The notes: a model not told the origin generated them from the sequence alone. 64,000 nucleotides of DNA from Enoplolaimus lenunculus (GCA_030248215.1 JASANG010003092.1:124001-188000); one strand, 5' to 3'; positions 51,874 through 64,000 are shown, numbered from the stretch's first letter. Made by a program: numbers and translations.

Positions 51874-54800
51874 TTTTTATAAACTTTAATTTATTTGATC
51901 GAGATCGAGTTCTAACTTTTAGAGTTTAAGTTCAGGTTCTATGGGCTATGTACAGAGGCGGCTACAAACAATAGGAAAATCTCTGACATGTCCGAAAAAT
52001 TATTTATTTTGAGACATTAAAAATTTGAGTGCAAAAACATAGCTTTAACTTCAAAGCAGGGTTGGACACCGGGAAAAAAACAACTGAAGAACGGTTCATT
52101 TGAGTGTTCCGTTTTTTTCGAAGGGGTGGAAAAACAGAAAAAAGTTTTTGCAAATATTATAAATCCTTGAAATGTTTTGAGGCTTAGACATTCACAGTAA
52201 CAACAAATATAAATGCATCTCGACCGACACACGGTTTCACAATCGCAACCGCAGAGAACTGAACTGGAGGACGCCAAGAAATGTTAATATTCTCGCGCAA
52301 ATATGAAAATCTTAGTTTATATGTCGTAGCAGCGATTACTTAGCCAATCAAAGAAGTGTATTCGCACCAGGTCAAATCGTATTTGCAGGGTACAACCGGA
52401 GGTCCGGCTCCGGCAGAAAATCGGCCTCCGGCTCCGGTAGAATTTTTGCCGGAGGTTCCGGCAATTCCATTAGTAAATTTTTTCATAATTTTGCAAAATA
52501 TATGCTCCAAACAACTTAACAACGTATTGTAGCTATTGGCTAAAATTAACTAATTAACCATCATTTTTACTACCTAATTTCGCATCACCTCCGGCTCCGG
52601 CAAGTTTCGTTGAGCTCCGGCTCCGGTATTTTTCACCTCCGGTTTCACCATGGTATTTGAGTATGGTATTAAGGTAGTAACCAATTATAAGGCGTACACT
52701 TGTAGCAGAGAATTAATTGTGCCGTGCGCTACCTAAGTCTTAGTCTCGCGCTGGACTAGATCAATTCAGAATCGTCCTGGGTTACTGCATGGGCTACGAC
52801 ATTATACAGCGCTATGTTTGAATTGCATTAGCCAGCAAATTTGGAGGTGTATTGGGTGGGCTTTCCAATTTTGAAGGTGTTGAAGAAATATTGTCTGAAT
52901 TACGGTTTGAAATTACTCCAGTATAGTAAGCCCGTTCATAACTTCGACTCAGGTTTGGTTCGATGCGCGCACTGTGCCATTTTGCATACAAAACTTTTGC
53001 ATCCATGCTTAATGGGAACAGAAAGCAAACAAATCGTTGTCTCTTGTAGATGAAAATAAAACCATTAAAAACATTGAAATTTCACAAAAAGTTTCGCTCA
53101 GTAAATATTTACCAGAGACGCGGTTTGACAGGGCACAGAAACATATAAAACTGGCATTTTTGAACCAAAACTGTGTTAAACCCCAAACTTCTTCCGCTTG
53201 CAAATACGCTCAAATTTTACGCTGTTTATTGCACTCGCAAAGCTACAAAACAAATGAGTGAAAAAACAAAGAAAAGCCGCAGTGTACCGAATTAACTGGA
53301 AAGTTTTAAAAATTCGCTGCTTAAGATGGTGAGAAAAACTTGATATTGTTCTGCAAATACAGTGAGGTAAGCTGAAAAATAGATTGATTGTTGTTTATAT
53401 ATTTGCAACTCTGGCTGCAAAAACAGTTGAGAGGGAGCGTAAGGGAAGCCCTCTTTCTAAAAACATCTCAGCTTTCGTGGTTCATTAATTTATCGACAGA
53501 ATTCAACGATTTCTGTGCTGAAAATTTTTTTCTTGCCTTTTCTAAGACCTTTGTGCCACAAGTAACAATTCCTGGAAGGCATGACACAAACGCTGACAAC
53601 CGAAATGGTAGCTTTACGGCACTGCATAAACTTGCCGCAGACGAAGCTGGTTTGCCGAAGAGGGAAAAAGTCCCAATTAAGTTGAGAAGATGATAGCGGG
53701 GTTGTTTAGAAGAGTTTGTTAAAGTGAAAAAAAAATTTCCGTATGCATACTCTAACCCCTAACACGTGCCGTCAAAATAACACCGAAACGCGGAAGCAAA
53801 CTTTTAAAACACACAATTTACGCCAAGCAAACGTTCAGTTGTGTGTTTTATAAGGGAAAATCGATTTATTGGTGACGAAAAAACCAATAAAACAAGGGTT
53901 TTAATATAAAGCATCGAAAAATATTCTCCTATATATCATATATAATATTTAGATAAGTACAAACAAAGTACATTTTGTCAAAATTAAAGATATCCAGAAT
54001 AATCATTTCTCAAAAAGTTTTACAGAACTCAAACCGAACGAACAAATTGTATTAATATTAAAACTTGCATAAATTTTAGCCTACCATAGAGAGCTGTCAG
54101 AGCTATTACGTCGATACTTCTATGATTCAGCAGGTTAATATTTTAAAGCTTGTAACAGTGTCGTTTTCAAATATCTTCAGAACCGGCGGTTCGTAATGAT
54201 TTGACAAACATGCATATTTGGCCGAAATAGGCTTTTCCGGACTACAGAAACTGAGTCCAATTCAACTCCGCCTTAGTCAAATTCGACTCACCCGAATCTC
54301 TCTGTGAGCCGAATTTGACTCTGGTGGAGTCGAATATGACTCAATTGTGTATAGTCCCGAAAAGCCTATTTCGGAGAGAGTCAATTTCACTCACCATTTT
54401 TTACAGTGTAGGTTTACGTGTAAACTTATTTAAAATCTTACATAATTTTAGTTTAAGCTTAATTTAATGAGTTCTAAGATACACGTAATTTTGCGCTGCA
54501 CTTATTACTTATAAACCAAAAATAAGTTGTACGTAAACTTGTTTTAAACTTAAAAATATGTTAACCTAAGTAATGCTTACAATTGCAATTTTGTTAGTCC
54601 GTCCAGCGATTTAAGTTTTACGTAAAAACTATAATCAATTTTTGTTAGCAATAATTTAAGTTTAAGTTTTTAGAGACCATTCACGGTTTTATCGCTTTTC
54701 TATGTCTTACAACTTGTATATATTTAAACTTGTTTTTCGATTCCATTGTCACAAATACAGTCTTTCACTGCAATTCCTACCTGAAAACTTCACCTAGGCA

Positions 54801-55376
54801 CACTTCGGGGGATAGTATACGCGTGGCGTGGATTCTCATCAATCCAATTTGTTTTGTAGTCCTATTGCTCATTGGTTTGCCTCTACATATGTCGCTCTGC
54901 TATAGGAACCACATGCGGCAAGCATCTTAACTGAAAAGCGGTAGATTTTTTTTATTTAAAATTTAAAACACAGTGAGTGTATAGCAATATGAACCAGAGT
55001 TTGGCTCGTAAACAATACAGGGGTTTTCGTGTTTTGACTTCACTAAAGTTTTATTGTTCATAGTTTGTGATATTAAATGTATACCAGTGGTTTTACTCGT
55101 AGATAAAATATGTAACGGTAAATTGTAATCAAATCAAGAGTGTCCGTTCGAAGCGGGAATATCAAACATGACCAGTTAAAGTTGCGATGTTACTTTGAGG
55201 GGCGTGCCGTTTTTCCGCTGGATTCTAATAAAAAACCTTAAACTTCAGACTAATTTGTTTGTGCTTAGGCTTATAGGAACACGTTTATACCACTGCTACC
55301 CCCGTATATGCATTATATACATATACACAGACACACTACACACATATATACATACCAGTCGTAGCGGGACAACATG

Positions 55377-55957
55377 TATTGAGCGAAGCTCGAACACTGA
55401 TGCAATTAAGCTAATATGCAAATTAGTCATTAGCTAACTATTAATTTATCGGTTTTGGAGGTTTGAAAACTATTTGTTCATATTCTTCGGGCCCGAAACC
55501 CTTCAAACCATAATAATTAGTTAAATTTTGCAAAAGCATATATTTAGGCTTAGCAATTATGCAAATATGCAAATTAGGTATTAGCCAACTATTAAATTAT
55601 CGGTTTTGAAGGTTTGTAGACAATTTATTCAGATTCCGCACACCCAAAAACACTTATTGCTGATATTAGATTACTTGTAACACTAATAATTAGTGAAATA
55701 CCTTAAAAAAGTGCCAATTTAGGCTAAACAAATTATGCAAATTAGCCTGTAGCTAGTAAACGGCTTAAAATTTTTAAACACCAATGCGAGATTAACGCCC
55801 CAGAATGACAGGTTTTCAAACAAAAAAAGTTTATCAAAATCGGTTCAGCAGTTATACTGAGACTCATTTCGAACGGTCGGACTGATAAACGATTCGTCTT
55901 TGGACCCCCGAGCACAAAATATAAAACGCTTGGCTAAACTTTGAGCTTCGCTCAATA
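55377..55957. mobile_element. Non-autonomous element with TATTGAGCGAAGCTC inverted repeats (Helentron/HINE-like)
   Basis: 15-bp perfect inverted repeat at 55377-55391 / 55943-55957; internal TTTATCAAAATCGGTTCAGC motif; internal ATATGCAAATTAG repeats. Confidence 0.5.
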
Positions 55958-56053
55958 ATATGTGTATATATACTATCAAATTTATTTAAGGTGGTTTTTG
56001 CATTTTGGCTTCGTAATACGATTCAATTTAAACCATACTGTAAGATTAATAAA

Positions 56054-59000
56054 ATGACACAGAATGTTATAATTTGGAAATTGGTATACTTTTCTGGGAT
56101 TATGGCAATTACATGTCGAGGTGATTTTACAACAGCAACATCAGTTGATTTTGATAACGAATTGAAAAAGTAAAATATGTTCACTGAGGTGCTTAGTGCG
56201 ATTATTGAACGCAGTTCCAGATCCAGGGTTTGCCACCGTAGCGGAGGATACTCTATGAATTTTGAAACTTTACGGTTTATACAGCGTATTCTTGGCAAGT
56301 CAGCTAAATTTGTAGGTTACTTTTGGGCCAAAATTTTCAAAACCAACAGATATTCATGTTCCCATTTTTGCCGCCCCAAATAGTCGCCCTGTTGCATAGG
56401 GTGGCCATTTCCGTTATGCCCCATCTCTGGGCTTTAGGCGTTCGCTTACGCTTTTATTAGACTTACTGCTCAGGCGTTTGATTAAGTTATCAGCAGGGCT
56501 TAGATTCACGAATAGTTTTCGGACAATGTTTATATTCCCGCTTTGAGTTCAGGGGTTGTACTATACTCATGTGTTTCTTTAATATCTCATTTCAGCCATT
56601 TCAGTTACGCATATTATAGGCCAGATCCCATTAATCCAACTGCGGATTCCAAGCAATTTTTCAAACAAACACTGCTGCGAAGTTTGGGACTGCGACGTGA
56701 GCCGCGTGTGAACGCTTCAGTGATTGAAAAATTCAATTCGCCAACGGGTCAAGGGCTTATACGCGAACTGATGAACGAATATGGGCCAGATGGACCCGGA
56801 GATCGAATGGGATCAACGATAAGCGGTTGGGAAGAAGTGTCATATCAGTATTCTTTTGTTGATGCCGAATGTAAGTTCATTTGGTGCCAGATCCGCATTC
56901 AGGAGAGGACATGAAATATGAGCGGTACTACTTGCCTCCACGAAATGTTCTTTTCCATGCAAAATGACTAAAGTAATATAACAGCCTGAGGCTTTAGGCT
57001 AAGGGTTAGGCGTAGAATTAAGCTAATGTTTGCTTTGGAAACAGAAATACAGGGCGACTTTTACATTTTGTCAAATTAAAACTATTGTGGGGAAAGTAAA
57101 CTATTAGCAGATGAGCACCCTAGTAAAAATTATCTACCAACCGTTCATTTTCGCGGCGAAATACAGTGAAAATTTGTGAGTTAAATCAAATGACATAGAA
57201 CTGTTTGTTGCGTGCCGACTATGTAGGATTTATAGTAGTAAAATATAGATTGCCCTCGAACGTAAACCAATGAGCAGTGGAACTATACGGGGAACGGTTT
57301 TACCGAGATTGTTAGCTAGAAAGTTTTTAGTGAATTTTACTTCCTGAATTTCCAATACGCTGTTGCGAATTGAAATTGAAAGTAATGCGGAGTTTCTCAT
57401 CTGGGCAAGTTATCAAAATTTTGGCCTATGTAACGATCAGGTGCGGAACGTTTTTCTGCGGGAGTAGCAAAGAGTAAGCTTAAGCGTTAGACCAATTTTT
57501 TTGCTTTGCTTAGCCTGAGGCTTATACTTAGGCTTAGGAATATGATCGTTGTTACGCTTATGCTTAGGCTTAGGCTTAGGTTTACCAGTATGCTTATAGT
57601 ATTGTTCCGCTCCTGGTCTTTGTATTGGCCAAAATTTTTAACAATTCAGATTGCAAATTGAAATGATTTATTTTATAAATTTGTTAATTTAGTCGGAATA
57701 GCAGGAAGTTTTTCGACACAGGGTCACTTGTTATTGTAGAAGCCTGCATAATAAAGCTACTATTGTGCTCAAAATACCAAATACAATAGTAGTATATAAT
57801 GGAGGACTTGGACATCAATTTACTGCCAATTAACCAACCGTAACCCCTGTGTGGTTTTTTAAAGAAGACTATGTAAGATAATGTGGCCAATGTAAAGAAC
57901 AGGGGCGGAACAGTATTATAAGCATATTCCTAAGCCTAAGCCTAAGCCTAAGCCTGAACCTAAGCATAACAATGAGCATATTCCTAAGCCTAAGCCTAGC
58001 AAAAAATAGTCTAATGCTTAAGCTTATTCCATTCTAGTCCCAGCCTAAAACTCTCCGCCCCTGATCTTTACACGGGCCGATAATGTGTACCAATCCCCCT
58101 TTATAGAGTACTTAAAACAGAAGTTGGCACCGCCTGTATTACGGCATCTTGGCGCTCTGCAATGAGCCTACTTAAAATACTTTTCATGGCAACGTTCTTT
58201 CGGATGGAGTCTAAAGGGAAGTAACGAACCACCAAGCTGATTTTCTGTGTGCAACCGGAGGTAATTTCCAGCTCCGGCGACAAAAAACCTATGCCTTCAG
58301 TAGATATTTGCCGGATATTTCAGCAGTTCCGGTTGTTAAATTTTTTGTATTTTTATAAAAAATCTGCCCTTGGGGGAGTTGATTTGTATTTAAGGCAGTT
58401 GTGGAAACTTTAATTGGCGAGATTTCTCAAAAACGAATGTTAAAACATAATTTTTGGCAACACTTCGTAAATTATCGCTTACAGTTAGCACTTTCAGATA
58501 GATTATTGTTACTATCAAATTCTGTTTCACCTCCGGTTCCTGCCAGATTTGTTGACCTTCGGGTCTCTTACTCCGGGTTTTTTACCTCCGGATGCACTCT
58601 GTTGATTATATATACTATTTCAGGCCCATCAGCATATTTACAGTCAACGCTGGTCGGACAGAACGACTACACTGCGTTACTTTTATTTTCTGTTCGCCAA
58701 ATTTATAATCGACACAAATATGATAAAATACTTTCCACTTCGCTTAAGGTAATTATATTTTATAATAGCTGTAAATATCCGTGTCACCACTATAAATTAG
58801 TTGTCATTAAAGGAAAAACACTTGTATTCTACATATTTACAAGACAGCCTTCAATCAGAGTTACTTGTCTGCCAGCTTTGCCCAATGCGCAAAATTAGCG
58901 AAAGCACGAAAATTTCCTTGCAAATTTTCTTTTCATAGAACAAAGAACAATCAATCACGTGTATTTCCTAAAAAATTTTGTAAACAAAGTAATGTTGGAA

Positions 59001-59055
59001 ATTTGCCCAAAATACGTATGTGGGGCGTTTCAGCTTTAATATATAGATATAAACG

Positions 59056-59092
<37 letters not shown>

Positions 59093-62000
59093 AAAAAAAA
59101 AAAAAAAAAAAAAACCCAAAAAAAAAAAAAAAAAAAAAAAAAAAACACTATATATCATGCGGAAGCCAAAGAGTTGCACACTCTTGTATTATGCACTCTT
59201 GCCTTTATTAATAAGCTGGAAAACCTCCATACGTAATTTGGGCATCTATCCAGCAAATCGAATTTAATGTAAATATAAGCGTCGATAAAGCAACCAAATC
59301 CGCAAAGACAGAGCAAACTTGGTGCGAGCAGCATTATTTTTAAGATGTTGGCGTTAAAAAATTTGCAACCACTCTAATACCTAGTAATTATTGACAAAAA
59401 TGTAGGCAATTTTTGCAGTTATTTCCTCAAAACTTCGAATTGATGTCTTCGTTAACGGTATGTCCGCACTCCGAACGAAATTATACGATAACAACGGAAC
59501 AAGACCAACGGCACCGAGATATTGCCACCATACGTATTTATCGCTTCATTGGAACCATGTTCGACGGGCAACGTAAAGTTTATCTTGAATTGAAATTTTT
59601 GTTTTGGATATATTTAACATGAGTGTGCAACTATCTGAGCTGTGCATGGTTCAAAATGTACCACCGCGCGTTGCGTTATTGCCGTACACCCATTATTTAC
59701 GGACGGGCGTCGATGTGACATGCAATACGACCAAATAAAACTGTTAGCGTAGCATTTCTGATACCGTCTTATTTGCGGTGCCACGGTTTGCACAAGTTGT
59801 ACCCCCTTAAATAAGGGGGTTGTAGGCCAAAACCGCAATGCGTATTGGGTACATTACTCTTGCAAAAAGAGTTATATCGACTGTTGGTTTTAGTGAAGAT
59901 ATGGATGATTGGTTTCAGAGACCCTAAAATCAGCAAAGTGTTACCTAATGCCAGTTAATAGTACTAGATGATGAAACAATTGGACTTTTTCGCGAACATA
60001 GGGGCGTAGGATAAGCTTGAAACAAATCCTCAGCCTATTTTATTAAACCAGTCACGTGCGGAGTAAACCTTTTGAATGGGAACATTAACATCTACCCATA
60101 TTTATAAAACTTAAGTCTAAGGCTTCGCCTCAGCCTGTTTTATTAATTCAGTCATTATCCATGAAGAAAAAATTATGCGGATAAAGTAATTATGTGTCTG
60201 AAATATACGAAGCCTAAACCTAAGACGAAGCCTATTTTATTAACCCAGTCATTATGTGGTGAAGCTGTTTGCCGGAAGAAAAGGGATGAAGTAAACAAAC
60301 ACCGGAATTTTATACGTATCTGAAATATACAATGCCTTAACCTAAGACAAAGCCTATTTTATTAACCAAGTCATGCATGTGGTGAAGCTGTTTGCAGGAA
60401 TAGGAGGGATGAAGTAAACAAACACCGGAATTTTATACGTATCTGAAATATACAATGCCTTAACCTAAGACGAAGCCTATTTTATTAACCAAGTCATGCA
60501 TGTGGTGAAGCTGTTTGCAGGACTAGGAGGGATGAAGTAAACAAACACCGGAATTTTATACGTATCTGAAATATACAATGCCTTAACCTAAGACGAAGCC
60601 TATTTTATTAACCAAGTCATGCATGTGGTGAAGCTGTTTGCCGGAAGAAAAGGGATGAAGTAAACAAACACCGGAATTTTATACGTATCTGAAATATACA
60701 ATGCCTTAACCTAAGACGAAGCCTATTTTATTAACCAAGTCATGCATGTGGTGAAGCTGTTTGCCGAAAGAAAAGGCATTAAGTAAACAATTGCCGAAAG
60801 AAAAGGCATTAAGTAAACAATTGCCGAAAGAAAAGGCATTAAGTAAACAATTGCCGAAAGAAAAGGCATTAAGTAAACAATTGCCGAAAGAAAAGGCATT
60901 AAGTAAACAATTGCCGAAAGAAAAGGCATTAAGTAAACAATTGCCGAAAGAAAAGGCATTAAAAGTAAACAAACACCAGAATTTTTGATGTGTTTTTTAT
61001 TTCTAATTTAGTTATAGTTTCAGCGAAACTCAGTCAAAAAGATACCGTACTGGTGACCGCGTATTCGTCACGAATTGCAAGCGCAGCGATTGATATTGAT
61101 CCAGCTGAATTCACTTCGATCAACGACGGGTTAATTTTACTTGTTGAAACGTCTGATACGTTCGGCAATCCGGTCAAAACTGCGGACGTTATACATTTGC
61201 CGGATTGTGACATCGGTCGCGACGGTAAAACAACCACGTGGCAACAGTGGCTGTTTGGCGTATTGGCCCATGCTAACCTGTGGGGGTTTGCGTATTACGC
61301 GTAAACGTAAAACGAAGCCTAATCCTAAGCCAAAGCCTTTTAGCTTCTCTGTCTCTATGTCGCACTGTTGTCGGGTACGTAGCCAGATGGGAGCCAGGGT
61401 GTCTCAGCCTGTCCTGGAAAACTTTTGCCCCTACAAAATTTTCCACGTTGTCCGTAAGTATCGAAAACCCATGAATGCTTCTTCTGAATGCTTTAAAGCC
61501 ACCACGAGCAGGGTGAGTTGGATTCCGACCTGTCAGTTTCACTGTCTTCAAAGTGGTCAGGCCCTTATAATTAACATTGGCTGGAACCTTTTACACCAAC
61601 ATGTTACAACTTAAAACTATGCAGTACACTATTGTTTATTCTCGTTACCAGGATGCAACCGGAAGTAAAATACCTGAGCCGAAACCGGTCAGGAATCGAA
61701 GGTGACTCGTAGACGAGTCAAATTTGGAGAACTATGCAAAATTTCGCTACCGGAACTTCCGACAGAAGTTCTACCGCAGCCGGAGGTCGAGATTTTCAGC
61801 CGACACAGGAGGTAGAACTCCGGTTGTACATTGGTCGTGTTTACAGATTGGTGCGGTCAGTTCAGTAATTCCCTTAAACGAGTTGAGCATTAAATTATAA
61901 GCACAAAAATTAGCTGGAACGATGTCCAAATTGCATGCCTTGTACCGTTGAGTTTCATTAAAGATAATTTCTATAGATCGAACACGTAACGAAATTCGTC

Positions 62001-63770
62001 GTGTGAAAGTGCCAGCATTAATGATGACAGTCGAAGTGCATACACCAATACGTGACAAGCGATCAACGAGTGCAACAGAAACTGAGGGAACTTCTGAAGG
62101 ACCTGGGACAGTTGTATCACGCGAAGGGCTGCCTGCGTTTGATATTGAAGCATGGAAGGCGTTACATTCAAATGCCTTATCGATGGGGGATACAAACGCT
62201 GCAACTGATGCCGGACCGTGCGAACTGACTAAAGTCATTGTAGATTTCAAAAGTAATGGCTCTTGTACAGTTTTCTCGTCTAAATTTACACTTAGGTTTA
62301 GGACTAGGATAACATATACTTAAGCCTATGCCTTAGACATTGCCTGACCTAAGCTTAAGTCTAAGCTTAGGCCTCCTACACTTTAACTATTAATCCAAAT
62401 TATGTAAACTAGACTGAAACTTATGTCTGAATTCGTTAAGTTTGAAATTTTTAAGTTTTCTTTTCAAACAACCGAAAATTACAATTTTGCTGTCATCAGC
62501 GTAGCGCTGTTGACTATCGCAAATGTAATTATAAAATCCTAACAGGTATATAGCTGGTTTTTGTATTGTACCTATATCCGCATCTGTGGATCCTACTTCG
62601 GGCAATCCAGCACCGGGCTATTTCGGTTGCCCTCAGCCCGTGTTTGCCCAAAAGTGGTCCGATTTTGAAAATTTTTGCATATTTGAGCTTGTCATGGCCT
62701 CTCCTGTTCGTTCCATGGCCAAATTTGAATTTTTGAAAAATTCGTTTTTTAAGGTCCCAAGGTTCCCCTTGTGACCAAAAAAAATTTTTTTATCCAAAAC
62801 TTTAGCAAGTTATATTCATTTGATGCAGCTTGCACAGCTGAGTCCAATGGAGTTAAATTTTTTGCAATCAAAAGATTATTTAACGAGTTATTGTCAGCAA
62901 GCTACATCAAATGGTGCATAATTTATTAAAATTTAGGACCAAATTTTTTTGGGTCTCAAGAAGGAACCTTGGGACCTTTAAAATCGAATTTTCAAAAATT
63001 CAAGTTTGGCCATGAAATGATCAGGGGAGGCCATGAGAAGCTCAAATATGAAAAAAATTTTCTAAATCCGACCATTTCTGGGCAAGCGAGGGCTGAGGGG
63101 ATAACCGAAAACATCCACACACCTGCTGCTCTTAAGAGGCCTCGCTCTCAATGGGTGAACGATAGTTTAATATTTTTGTTAAAATTTAATGATTGTCGTT
63201 CGAAATTCAATACGAGCTGTAAAGTTTTGTTTGAAAATTCATTTGGAGAACTTGCGCTGCAACTTATTCATGCGAAAGGAATTAATCCATATGTATGAGC
63301 GTCAGTTGTGATTATTGTTTGGATTGAAAATGTATACGTTATGTTTGGTATTTATTGCACTCGTGTGCAAATTATTCATATAGTTTCATGTCAAGATTCA
63401 AAATGAAAAAGATATTTCTTTGCAAGCACATGCAGCTGCAAGTTAATCGTGCCAATTGCAGCTGCGACTTCTCGCTGCATAAACTTGCACGTGTGAATAT
63501 GGCAAGTTGTTTGTATGCAGAACATATTTTGAAGAATCGGGCTGAGCCTACACATCAATATTTTCAACGTTCTTTTTTAATCTATATATAATGCAGAATG
63601 AGTATATATACTCAACTGTAGAATTTGGATTAGCAGAAAACGTCGTGATTGGAGTTTTGTAGCCGAAATATGTTTTTACAGAATTGGGATGGAACTGGAT
63701 CATTCAACCGAAGGCTGTTCAAAGCGGAATATGCGCTGGAAGTTGTACTCCTAAGCGCCAAGCGCATGCG
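56054..63770 (+). CDS. TGF-beta superfamily ligand precursor, partial (3' exon(s) beyond the window)
   Basis: Exons 56054-56169 (signal-peptide-like), 56620-56870 (prodomain helix FKQTLLRSLGLRREP), 58624-58748, 59419-59572, 61024-61224, 61977-62252 (furin site RDKR at 62051-62062; GPCELTKVIVDFK), 63682-63770 or -63788 (KLGWNWIIQPKAVQSGICAGSC...HA). All phases match. The cystine-knot N-half motifs C...VDF..LGW.WII.P and CxGxC are present. Confidence 0.88.
57423..57630 (-). mobile_element. MITE family T1 (telomere-like core), full length
   Basis: GGCC termini; 8-bp TSD AAAATTTT (57415-57422, 57631-57638); TTAGGC repeats inside. Confidence 0.85.
57885..58078 (+). mobile_element. MITE family T1 (telomere-like core), best-preserved copy
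   Basis: TIR GGCCAATGTAAAGAACAGGGGCGGA / TCCGCCCCTGATCTTTACACGGGCC; exact 8-bp TSD GATAATGT; core of GCCTAA units. Confidence 0.9.
59056..59145. repeat. ~90-nt interrupted poly(A) tract
   Basis: Read directly; lies in TGF-beta intron 3; the length may be unreliable. Confidence 0.85.
60195..60760. repeat. 123-bp tandem satellite (~4.6 copies)
   Basis: TCTGAAATATAC recurs at 60197, 60319, 60442, 60565 and 60688. Confidence 0.92.
60761..60972. repeat. 30-bp near-perfect minisatellite (~7 copies) TTGCCGAAAGAAAAGGCATTAAGTAAACAA
   Basis: Read directly; no variable spacers. Confidence 0.95.
62630..63100. mobile_element. MITE with long (~150 bp) imperfect TIRs
   Basis: CCCTCAGCCCGTGTTTGCCCAAAAGTGGTCCGATTT vs AAATCCGACCATTTCTGGGCAAGCGAGGGCTGAGGG; a related fragment lies at ~23665-23720. 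Confidence 0.7.
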
Positions 63771-64000
63771 GTCGGAAATATTAGTGTGGTTAGTATTCCA
63801 TGCCTGCACTGACACCAGAGTACAACTTTAGGTCTGCATTGCGTCAGGCTTCGATAAAAATCGACCCTGCGTTTCAGCTCTGGCTCCAGCAAATTTCATC
63901 GACCTTGTGCTCCGGTATTGTTCAGCTTCAATTGCACGCTGATTCACACTATGCACAACTTTATCAGCCGCTTTCAAGTTATTATAAGTTGGCTGAAAAT

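Noticed and set aside
57885..58078. True telomere or healed chromosome end
   Set aside because: Tracts are short, degenerate, internal and enclosed by TIRs and TSDs.
58865..59236. Poly-Lys / poly-Phe ORFs, or a retrocopy tail
   Set aside because: Produced by a poly(A) tract. I found no processed coding sequence upstream and no TSD.
60195..60972. CRISPR-like array, or ORFs 60706/60723/60761 as repeat proteins
   Set aside because: Units are contiguous with no unique spacers, there are no cas genes, and the context is eukaryotic. The ORFs are translations of an intronic 30-bp minisatellite.
61771..62250. 159-aa minus-strand ORF
   Set aside because: Antisense shadow of TGF-beta exon 6 plus a MITE.
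1..64000. Autonomous transposase or reverse transcriptase for the MITE families
   Set aside because: No long ORF or DDE/RT/Rep-helicase motif seen in this window.

Overview
AT-rich, intron-rich animal genomic DNA. Abundant degenerate TTAGGC/GCCTAA tracts suggest a nematode or nematode-like host (inference). No prokaryotic features, CRISPR arrays, rRNA or convincing tRNA genes. Manual splicing gives six protein-coding loci: (1) part of a calmodulin-like EF-hand gene running off the left edge (- strand); (2) a ~21-exon, ~980-aa spectrin-repeat-like rod protein (-, 1936-18216); (3) a 7-exon bestrophin with an altered Ca2+ clasp (-, 22450-32390); (4) a complete 16-exon Merlin/NF2 with a tandemly duplicated first coding exon and one GC-AG intron (+, 40703-49387); (5) a 2-exon orphan gene (-, 50679-51873); (6) a divergent TGF-beta-superfamily ligand running off the right edge (+, from 56054). 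Introns and intergenic DNA contain many short non-autonomous DNA transposons (MITEs) with readable TIRs and TSDs. The most unusual are a GGCC-ended, 8-bp-TSD family whose body is telomere-like (GCCTAA)n, and a TTAA-flanked piggyBac-type family carrying a tRNA-like Pol III A/B-box cassette. I cannot show that any of this is a new biological system; these two families are the best leads. All exon models are hand-built from splice signals and frame continuity, without transcript data.
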